Below, piece by piece: positions 56,314 through 64,000 of a stretch of DNA of 64,000 bases. Source of the stretch: an uncultured virus (IMG/VR IMGVR_UViG_3300035190_000132) (Duplodnaviria > Heunggongvirae > Uroviricota > Caudoviricetes); the IMG/VR virus record IMGVR_UViG_3300035190_000132. The stretch is one strand, 5' to 3'. A program made the position numbers and the translations under genes. Within the stretch, counting starts at the first letter, position 1; the number at the start of each line of letters is the position of its first letter. Under the pieces are notes generated by a model. That model was not told the origin of the DNA. It saw only the letters and a program-made list of their open reading frames with translations, and did not search any database.

Positions 56314-57129
56314 ATGGCAAACACATCGCTAATTGGACTAACCCTCCCAGTACAAGGAACTCTATCCGGTAGCTGGGGTAATACGGTTAACAACGCGATC
56401 TCCCAGATTGTGGACGTTGCGGTAGCTGGTACACAGACAATTACAACTGATGCAGACATTAATTTGGCTGTTACAACAGGTACTGATTCAAGTACAGGTC
56501 TAACAGCCAATAGCTCTCAGTATGCGGTTCTTCTGTGTACTGGCGCACGTACAGCACTGCGTTTTATTAATACTCCAAAGCAAAGTAAGACTTACGTTGT
56601 TATCAACGATACGACAGGTGGTTTTGCGGTAACAGTTCGTGGTGGCCCTACAACCCCTACAACGGGCGTAACGGTAGCGGCTGGTACACGGGCAATCATT
56701 GCTTGGAATGGCTCTGACTTTGTTAATGTGGGCGGTGGCTCTGCTGGTGGCTCTAACACACAGGTTCAGTTCAACAGTTCTGGCTCGTTTGGTGGTTCTG
56801 CTAACCTGACTTTTGACGGCACAACGCTGACAGCCAATGATCTAATTGACTCTTCGCTAACAGCCAACAAGCCTGTATTTACAAATGGCACTAAGAACCT
56901 AGTGTCTACTGGAACGCTTGGTGTGGATCAAGGCGGTACCGGCCTTACTACTTTGACTGCTAACAACGTTATTCTAGGTAACGGAACATCAACACCAACT
57001 TTTGTAGCACCTAGCACAGCAGGTAATGTTTTGACTTCTAATGGCACAACGTGGGCATCCACTGCTCCGGCGGCTTCTGGTGCTACCAAGGGTCAGGCAA
57101 TCGCTTTCTCAATCGTATTCGGTCTGTAA
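56314..57129 (+). CDS. Tail fibre base/anchor protein
   Basis: GSWGNTVN, GSNTQVQFN, GVDQGGTG, GNVLTSNG fibre motifs. Confidence 0.7.
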   Translation: MANTSLIGLTLPVQGTLSGSWGNTVNNAISQIVDVAVAGTQTITTDADINLAVTTGTDSSTGLTANSSQYAVLLCTGARTALRFINTPKQSKTYVVINDTTGGFAVTVRGGPTTPTTGVTVAAGTRAIIAWNGSDFVNVGGGSAGGSNTQVQFNSSGSFGGSANLTFDGTTLTANDLIDSSLTANKPVFTNGTKNLVSTGTLGVDQGGTGLTTLTANNVILGNGTSTPTFVAPSTAGNVLTSNGTTWASTAPAASGATKGQAIAFSIVFGL

Positions 57130-57138
57130 GGAACTATC

Positions 57139-57516
57139 ATGGCAAATCCAAATATTGTTAACGTCACGACCCTAACGGGCAATACAACGTATCTAACACC
57201 CGGTAACACAACGGCTAACACTCTGCTATCTAACGCCGCATCTTCTGGTCTGGTCTACAAGATCAACCAGATCGTGTGTGCCAATGTAAACGGCTCAAGT
57301 GCTGTAAACGCAACGGTGGCTATTAACTCAGCCGCCGCTGGCGCAGGTACAAACTACCCAATCATCTCTACTATCTCAGTGCCAGCTAGTGCATCTGTGA
57401 TCGCAGTAGATAAGACCACGGCGGTGTACCTGATGGAGAACTCATCCATTGTGGTGACATCTGGTACATCTAGCGGTATCACTTACACGATCAGCTACGA
57501 GTCTATTGCTTCTTAA
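57139..57516 (+). CDS. Tail-associated protein
   Basis: MANPNIVNV...YLME...SYE. Confidence 0.65.
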   Translation: MANPNIVNVTTLTGNTTYLTPGNTTANTLLSNAASSGLVYKINQIVCANVNGSSAVNATVAINSAAAGAGTNYPIISTISVPASASVIAVDKTTAVYLMENSSIVVTSGTSSGITYTISYESIAS

Positions 57517-57528
57517 GCGAGGAACAGT

Positions 57529-58677
57529 ATGTCTATAAGACAAATGTTTCCGGGGAGTATTGTTAAGCCGGGGTTTAATCCTCTAGCGGCTCAAACGCCT
57601 TCGTACACATACTATTTGTATACTTGGGGACGTAATAATGATGGTCAATTGGGTCTTGGAAACACTACAAGTTATTCATCACCCAAGCAAGTTGGTTCAC
57701 TGACTACGTGGTTAAACATTGCCAATGGTTATGCTTTTACATTAGCCACTAAGACTGATGGAACCTTATGGTCTTGGGGTACTGGAGCGCAAGGCCAATT
57801 GGGTTTAGGTAATACAACCAGTTATTCTTCTCCAAAACAAATTGGGGCTTTAACAAATTGGGCGAGCGTGGGGTGCGCTTCGCAAGCATCTTTTGCTGTT
57901 AAAACAGATGGCACTATATGGTCTTGGGGGGCAGGTGGTAGCGGTAAACTTGGACTTGGAAACACTACATCTTATTCTTCCCCAAAACAAATTGGCTCTC
58001 TTACAAACTGGTCAAAAGTAATTGGTGGAACACAATCGGGTTTTGCAATTAAGACTGACGGAACTTTATGGGCGTGGGGAGTTAATACCAATGGACTTTT
58101 GGGTTTAGGAGACACTGTAAGTAGATCATCTCCTGTGCAAGTTGGGGTTTTAACTAACTGGTTAAATCTTTCCGCTGGTTATTACAACACACTTGCCAGT
58201 AAAACTGACGGCACTCTGTGGTCTTGGGGTAGAGGTAGCTTTGGTTGTTTAGGTCTTGGAAACACAACCAACTACTCGTCACCAAAACAAATTGGTGCAT
58301 TGACTTCATGGCTAAATGTTGCATCTGCTTATTTTGCTGGTTTTGCAATTAAAACAAATGGAACTGCTTGGGCTTGGGGGCAAAATAACGTTGGTCAATT
58401 GGGGCAGGGAAATACAACAAATTATTCTTCACCTATGCAAATAGGTGCTTTAACAAATTGGTCAACAATTTCATCTACACCTTCACTTGGAGGCTCATCA
58501 ACAGCAGTTCTTGCAATCAAAACAGATGATACTTTGTGGGCATGGGGATCTAATGCACAAGGGCAATTAGGATCAGGAAATTTAATTGACAGATCATCTC
58601 CAGTGCAAGTAGGAGCCTTAAGCACTTGGGAGAGTGTTAAGTGTTTTGGGCAATTTGTAACAGCACTCGGATACTAA
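57529..58677 (+). CDS. RCC1-repeat protein (KPGFNPL-type N-terminus)
   Basis: Seven RCC1 repeats. Confidence 0.85.
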   Translation: MSIRQMFPGSIVKPGFNPLAAQTPSYTYYLYTWGRNNDGQLGLGNTTSYSSPKQVGSLTTWLNIANGYAFTLATKTDGTLWSWGTGAQGQLGLGNTTSYSSPKQIGALTNWASVGCASQASFAVKTDGTIWSWGAGGSGKLGLGNTTSYSSPKQIGSLTNWSKVIGGTQSGFAIKTDGTLWAWGVNTNGLLGLGDTVSRSSPVQVGVLTNWLNLSAGYYNTLASKTDGTLWSWGRGSFGCLGLGNTTNYSSPKQIGALTSWLNVASAYFAGFAIKTNGTAWAWGQNNVGQLGQGNTTNYSSPMQIGALTNWSTISSTPSLGGSSTAVLAIKTDDTLWAWGSNAQGQLGSGNLIDRSSPVQVGALSTWESVKCFGQFVTALGY

Positions 58678-58678
58678 T

Positions 58679-59860
58679 ATGCCAATAACATACCCCGGCG
58701 TTCAATACTCAGGCATCTGGACAATGCAACAGGTGAATGCCGCTATTGCGGCTGGGACTTGGCCTTCACCGCCTGTGACGGGGCCTCGTTTGTTTTCATG
58801 GGGTGATAACAACCAAGGGGCGCTTGGGCTTGGTAATATAACTAACTACTCCTCCCCTAAGCAAGTTGGTTCATTAACAGATTGGCTACAAATATGTGCT
58901 GGTGGTTATAACAATACATCTGCCGCCATTAAAACTGATGGTACTTTATGGACTTGGGGTTACAACGGAAATGGGCAACTTGGTCTTGGTAACACTACTA
59001 ATTACTCAAGTCCAAAACAAGTTGGGGCTTTAACTGGTTGGACTCAAGTTTCTAGTGGTAGATTTAACATGACTGCCGCAATAAAAAGTAATGGAACGTT
59101 GTGGTTAATGGGCGCTGGCTCTTATGGACAATTAGGCTTAGGAAATACAACTAGCTATTCCTCTCCAAAGCAACTTGGTGCGCTGACAAATTGGGCTTCT
59201 GTCTCTTGTGCTAATGCCGGGGTAAGAGCAATAAAAACTGATGGTACGCTTTGGGCATGGGGTTATAACGTACTTGGCGCACTTGGAGATGGAACATTAA
59301 CAAATCGTTCTTCCCCAGTTCAAATTGGTGCATTAACAACTTGGGCAAAAGTTGGTGCTGTTGGTAATTTTACACTTGCCATTACAACAAGTGGAGCTTT
59401 GTACGCTTGGGGTGGAAATAGTACAGGCTCTTTGGGTTTAGGCAACACTACGTATTACTCTTCCCCTAAACAAGTTGGTTCATTAACTAATTGGGCTTAT
59501 GTTGCTCCGGGAATGTCCTCCTCAATTGCTTTAAAAACTGATGGTACGCTATGGGCTTGGGGATTAAATAGCAGTGGTCAACTTGGTTTTGGTAATCAGA
59601 CAAACTACTCTTCTCCAAAACAAGTTGGCTCTTTAACTACTTGGTTAAAAATTGCTGGAACCTATACAAGTACTTATGCCATCACAACATCTGGAGCATT
59701 ATATGCTTGGGGTTCTAATAATGTTGGTCAATTAGGTCTTGGAAACATAACAGCATATTCATCGCCTAAACAAGTTGGCTCACTTACAACATGGACTACA
59801 TTAAGTACATTTGGTGGTAATGCAAACAACATTTTGGCAATAGGTGTAAACACAGTATGA
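58679..59860 (+). CDS. RCC1-repeat protein (GVQYSGIW-type N-terminus)
   Basis: Seven RCC1 repeats. Confidence 0.85.
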   Translation: MPITYPGVQYSGIWTMQQVNAAIAAGTWPSPPVTGPRLFSWGDNNQGALGLGNITNYSSPKQVGSLTDWLQICAGGYNNTSAAIKTDGTLWTWGYNGNGQLGLGNTTNYSSPKQVGALTGWTQVSSGRFNMTAAIKSNGTLWLMGAGSYGQLGLGNTTSYSSPKQLGALTNWASVSCANAGVRAIKTDGTLWAWGYNVLGALGDGTLTNRSSPVQIGALTTWAKVGAVGNFTLAITTSGALYAWGGNSTGSLGLGNTTYYSSPKQVGSLTNWAYVAPGMSSSIALKTDGTLWAWGLNSSGQLGFGNQTNYSSPKQVGSLTTWLKIAGTYTSTYAITTSGALYAWGSNNVGQLGLGNITAYSSPKQVGSLTTWTTLSTFGGNANNILAIGVNTV

Positions 59861-61629
59861 ACAAAACACTGCACTTCCTCTCTGGCATTCCTCGTTCTGG
59901 CTCAACAGTCCTTGCGGCTATTTTGAACCAGAACCCAATGACTCATGTATCCACCACATCTGGGCTTGTCCACGCCCTTGATGGCTTGGCTAATACATGG
60001 CACTCAGCGGGTCTTCTCAATGAGAACGACCCCACCAGAGAGAAACTTGCACAAACCATGCGTGGGTGCATTGATGCGTTTTACGCTGATACAGACAAGC
60101 CTGTCATCATTGACAAGTCTCGTGGTTGGCCTATTCCCCAGATCATGGGTGCTATGTCTCAGGTGATTGGTCGCCCATGCAAGGTGATCGCTACGGTTCG
60201 TCCTGTTCCTGACTGTATGGCTTCATTTGTCCGTGTGGCAAAGCCTGCTGATCTGGATGAGTTCATGTATTCAGGCCAGTTAGCTGACCACCTGAAAGCC
60301 GCTTACCTGTCTTTAGAAGCTGGCTACGCCGCCATGCCAGAGAACTTCTTGATGGTTGAATACGACAAGCTGTTGGCTGATCCCCGCGCAGAACTTGCCC
60401 GTATCCATGAGTTCTTGGAACTGCCTGAATACGATTACGACTTCTCCAACATTGACGGCTCGTCAGTTAAAGAAGACGATGAGAATCTGCACGGCTACGC
60501 TGGTATGCACGATGTCAAGCCAGTCTTGGCTAAACAGCACAACGACAAGTCCAAAGACCTGTTAAAGCACCACTACAACCAGTTTTGCCAGCCAGAGTTC
60601 TGGAGTGGTAATGCACGGACGATGCCTGAGTTGGATGACCTTGATCTACAGGTAGCCGCAGGCAAGATGGGTGATTTTGCTGAAGGCTGGAGACTGTCTG
60701 AGAAGCTCCACGCAGAGCGTCCTAACGACCACCGTGCGGCTTATAACCGTTCATGGTATCTACTCAAACAGGGTCAGATTGGTGAAGGCTACAAGCAGAT
60801 GGATCGCGGTCGCTACTGCGGGATCATTGGTGAGCGCCGCCCAGACACACCAGCCCCTGAGTGGGACGGTAAGACCAAAGGTACGATTCTCTTGTACTGC
60901 GACCACGGCTTGGGCGATCAGATTCACCAAGTGCGCTATGCCCGTGATCTAGTGGCTAGGGGTAATAAGGTAGTGGTCTGCTGCTCAGGTCAACTGGCTG
61001 GCCTGTTCTCAGGCATTGAAGGTGTATCCGCTGTTGTTCAAGTTGGTGCTGAGTTTGGCGTGTTCCACGACTTCTGGTGCTATGGTATGACAGCCCCTAA
61101 CTACCTTGGTTATGAGATGTCAGACCTGCGCGGCGATGCTTACATCACTAAGCCTACGACCATCAAAGGCCGTAAGAAACGCATCGGTATCCGCTGGCAG
61201 GGCAACAGTAAGTTTGAAGACGACCACAACAAACGCTTCCCCTACGATTTGTTGTTTGCCGCAGTAAAAGATGCTGACGCAGAATTCATTTCTTTACAGC
61301 GTGATGAGGGTGCAGATGCTTGCCCAACATGGGTAAAACAAGTACCATTAAACACATGGGCAGACACCCAAGCTGCGGTAGCAAGTTGTGATCTGGTGAT
61401 CTCTTCTTGCACATCTGTCAGCCATTTGGCGGCGGCTATGGGCGTTGAGACTTGGGTAGTGATTCCAGTGATGGGCTACTACCTGTATGCGTTAGACGGC
61501 GACAAGACACCTTATTACGACACCATGACTTTATTCAGGCAAGAAGTATTTGGCGAATGGGAAGCTCCGTTTGAGAAGATCAAGGAGCGTTTAAACGCTA
61601 ACCGTGCCGCACTGAGGAGCGTAGCGTGA
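59857..61629 (+). CDS. Sulfotransferase fused to TPR-like and GT9-like glycosyltransferase domains
   Basis: GIPRSGSTVL PAPS-binding loop, DKSRGW, VEYDKL; DHGLGDQIHQVRY, FISLQ, DLVISSCTSVSHLAAAMG. Confidence 0.8.
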   Translation: MNKTLHFLSGIPRSGSTVLAAILNQNPMTHVSTTSGLVHALDGLANTWHSAGLLNENDPTREKLAQTMRGCIDAFYADTDKPVIIDKSRGWPIPQIMGAMSQVIGRPCKVIATVRPVPDCMASFVRVAKPADLDEFMYSGQLADHLKAAYLSLEAGYAAMPENFLMVEYDKLLADPRAELARIHEFLELPEYDYDFSNIDGSSVKEDDENLHGYAGMHDVKPVLAKQHNDKSKDLLKHHYNQFCQPEFWSGNARTMPELDDLDLQVAAGKMGDFAEGWRLSEKLHAERPNDHRAAYNRSWYLLKQGQIGEGYKQMDRGRYCGIIGERRPDTPAPEWDGKTKGTILLYCDHGLGDQIHQVRYARDLVARGNKVVVCCSGQLAGLFSGIEGVSAVVQVGAEFGVFHDFWCYGMTAPNYLGYEMSDLRGDAYITKPTTIKGRKKRIGIRWQGNSKFEDDHNKRFPYDLLFAAVKDADAEFISLQRDEGADACPTWVKQVPLNTWADTQAAVASCDLVISSCTSVSHLAAAMGVETWVVIPVMGYYLYALDGDKTPYYDTMTLFRQEVFGEWEAPFEKIKERLNANRAALRSVA

Positions 61630-62759
61630 GCTTTAGATATGCCGCTGGGATAAACAAGCCGGGTTTTAATCCGCTTGGAACCCAGACGACCACTTACTTA
61701 TATAACTTATTTAGCTGGGGAAACAACGCTAGTGGGCAACTTGGTTTAAATAACAACACTTATTATTCCAGTCCTAAACAAGTTGGCTCGTTAACTACTT
61801 GGTCAGCAATTTCTGGCGGCAATCAATATGTTGTAGCTATTCAAACAAATGGAACATTGTGGTCGTGGGGTGAAAACGGAAATGGTCAGCTTGGTTTTGG
61901 AAACACAACAGCTTACTCTTCCCCAAAACAAGTTGGCTCGTTAACTACTTGGTCAAAAGCAAGTGCTAATTTTCGGTCATCTTTGGCAATAAAAACAGAT
62001 GGAACTTTATGGTCGTGGGGGTGGAACAATTTAGGTCAATTAGGTTTAGGCGACAGAACAGATCGTTCTTCACCCATTCAAATTGGAGCTTTAACAACTT
62101 GGGCGACAGTATCTAATTCACCATACAGTAAACTTAATTTTGCTATTACAACATCCGGCGCACTTTGGGGTTGGGGTCAGAATGCCAATGGTCAGTTAGG
62201 TTTAGGAAATACAACTTCTTACTCATCTCCAAAACAAGTTGGTGCGCTAACAAATTGGCTAAAGGTGGCTGGTGGAGCATACTTTACCCTTGCTGTAAAA
62301 ACTGATGGCACATTGTGGTCATGGGGAAATAGCGCCTATGGACAATTAGGGTTAGGTAACACAACAGAATACAATTCACCTAAACAAGTTGGCGCTTTAA
62401 CAAGTTGGTTAAATATTTCCGCAAATTATGGAAGTTCGTTTGCTGTTAAAACAGATGGGACTATTTGGGCGTGGGGTAGAAATACTTCTGGGCAACTTGG
62501 CTTGGGAAATACTACAGATCGCAATTCTCCCGTGCAAATTGGTGCGTTAGCAAATTGGTTAACTGTATCGACAAGTGGAACAACTCAAGGTGCAATGGCC
62601 ATTAAAACAGATGGAACTTTATGGGGTTGGGGTGCTAATGGTGATGGTCAACTAGGGAATGGGAATATAACTACAACATCAAGCCCGATACAAGTTGGCG
62701 CATCAACTACTTGGTCTAAAGTAACTAGTTTAAATGGCGCTACAGTGGCAATAGGATAA
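61626..62759 (+). CDS. RCC1-repeat protein (KPGFNPL-type N-terminus)
   Basis: Seven RCC1 repeats; last ~97 nt duplicated at window start. Confidence 0.85.
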   Translation: MSFRYAAGINKPGFNPLGTQTTTYLYNLFSWGNNASGQLGLNNNTYYSSPKQVGSLTTWSAISGGNQYVVAIQTNGTLWSWGENGNGQLGFGNTTAYSSPKQVGSLTTWSKASANFRSSLAIKTDGTLWSWGWNNLGQLGLGDRTDRSSPIQIGALTTWATVSNSPYSKLNFAITTSGALWGWGQNANGQLGLGNTTSYSSPKQVGALTNWLKVAGGAYFTLAVKTDGTLWSWGNSAYGQLGLGNTTEYNSPKQVGALTSWLNISANYGSSFAVKTDGTIWAWGRNTSGQLGLGNTTDRNSPVQIGALANWLTVSTSGTTQGAMAIKTDGTLWGWGANGDGQLGNGNITTTSSPIQVGASTTWSKVTSLNGATVAIG

Positions 62760-62763
62760 CGTA

Positions 62764-63939
62764 ATGGCAACAGCACTCGTATCAGGCGTTCAATACTCAG
62801 GTATCTGGAACATCAGCAGTCAAGCCAATGCTAAGGCGGCGGGGACTTGGCCTTTAGCGCCTGTGCCGGGTTTATATTCATGGGGTAGAAATACTGATGG
62901 TCAGCTTGGCTTAGGTAATACAACATCATATTCAAGTCCAAAACAAGTTGGCTCTTTAACAAACTGGGCTTCAATATCTACAAATTCTTATAGCGTACAT
63001 ACTTTAGCTGTTAAAACAGACGGTACGCTTTGGGCTTGGGGAAGTAATTCGTATGGTCAACTTGGATTAGGAAATGTAACTTATTATTCTTCCCCAAAAC
63101 AAGTTGGCGCTTTGACTGCTTGGTTAAAAATAACTACTGCGTATGCCGCTAGTTTTTCTATAAAAACTGATGGGACATTGTGGTCATGGGGAAACAATAC
63201 TTATGGTAAATTAGGATTAAATAACGAAACAAATTATTCAAGTCCAAAACAAATAGGCGCTTTGACTAATTGGTCAAATATTGCTGGTGGAAATTTTGGA
63301 TGCATAGCCATTAAAACAGATGGAACTATTTGGACTTGGGGTTATAACGCAGACGGCAGATTGGGGCTTGGTAATCTAACTAATTATTCTAGCCCCAAGC
63401 AAATTGGTGCATTAACTACTTGGTTAAAAGTTTTTTCTGGTTACTCTAGTGGTTTTGGAATCAATACAAGTGGGGCAATGTGGGGTTGGGGTAGAAATGG
63501 CGCTGGGCAACTAGGTTTGGGGGATGTCACTACCCGTTCATCTCCAGTTCAAATTGGAGCATTAACTACTTGGTCATCTGTTAGTAGTTCAGCGGGTGGA
63601 ACATCTGCTAATGGATTTACTTTATCAACAAAAACAGACGGAACATTATGGGGTTGGGGTATAAACGCCCATGGTCAACTAGGTTTAGGTAATACAACTC
63701 CATACTCCTCCCCAGTACAAGTTGGAAGTTTAACTACTTGGAGTTCTGTGGCGGGTGGTTCGTCTTCTACATTAGCAACTACTTCTGGCGGTGCTTTGTG
63801 GGCTTGGGGTCGAAATAACAATGGTCAATTAGGTCTAGGAAATACAACCAATTATTCCTCACCAAAACAAGTAGGAAGCCTAACAAATTGGCTTACTATT
63901 GCTAGCGGCCCTTATTTCTGTATCGGTATTGCATCTTAA
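62764..63939 (+). CDS. RCC1-repeat protein (GVQYSGIW-type; allele 2 of 102-1253)
   Basis: Same N-terminal 30 aa and same flanks as 102-1253, different body. Confidence 0.85.
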   Translation: MATALVSGVQYSGIWNISSQANAKAAGTWPLAPVPGLYSWGRNTDGQLGLGNTTSYSSPKQVGSLTNWASISTNSYSVHTLAVKTDGTLWAWGSNSYGQLGLGNVTYYSSPKQVGALTAWLKITTAYAASFSIKTDGTLWSWGNNTYGKLGLNNETNYSSPKQIGALTNWSNIAGGNFGCIAIKTDGTIWTWGYNADGRLGLGNLTNYSSPKQIGALTTWLKVFSGYSSGFGINTSGAMWGWGRNGAGQLGLGDVTTRSSPVQIGALTTWSSVSSSAGGTSANGFTLSTKTDGTLWGWGINAHGQLGLGNTTPYSSPVQVGSLTTWSSVAGGSSSTLATTSGGALWAWGRNNNGQLGLGNTTNYSSPKQVGSLTNWLTIASGPYFCIGIAS

Positions 63940-64000
63940 AAAATTAACATTTTTAACAAGGAGTCTTAAATGACACATTATGTACAAGTCCTCAATGGTG

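Noticed and set aside
57529..63939. Diversity-generating retroelement or invertase shufflon acting on RCC1 genes
   Set aside because: No reverse transcriptase, no adenine-specific TR/VR pair, no recombinase and no inverted cassettes were seen.
1..64000. tRNA/rRNA genes, integrase, DNA or RNA polymerase
   Set aside because: None recognised by eye; a tRNAscan or HMM search could still find divergent ones.

Overview
The window looks like an essentially complete, ~62.7 kb, circularly permuted tailed dsDNA phage genome. It is probably podovirus-like (tail-tubular and internal virion/ejection proteins, no tape measure seen) and no integrase was recognised. Modules: packaging and head (39973-48892), tail and RCC1-repeat receptor-binding candidates (49051-63939, wrapping to 1-2331), a surface-modification cluster (methyltransferase, APS kinase, ADP-heptose enzymes; 2328-6367), lysis (6897-8004), internal virion proteins (8035-25441), recombination and replication (25425-36447) and a GC-rich leftward early region (36488-39729). 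The most striking element is at 31059-32891: a stand-alone Cas7/RAMP-like gene, then a 685-bp non-coding array of 125 NN-GGH pentamers cut into 14 units by 4-nt AGGY linkers, then a 151-aa gene. This fits a phage-encoded RNA-guided system with a non-contiguous guide code (VIPR-like) rather than a CRISPR array. Also notable: the two window ends carry two different alleles of the same RCC1 gene between identical flanks; a GIY-YIG endonuclease has split a gene and re-supplied its 5' end; and there are several candidate structured RNAs. All protein calls come from motif recognition by eye; no database search was run.
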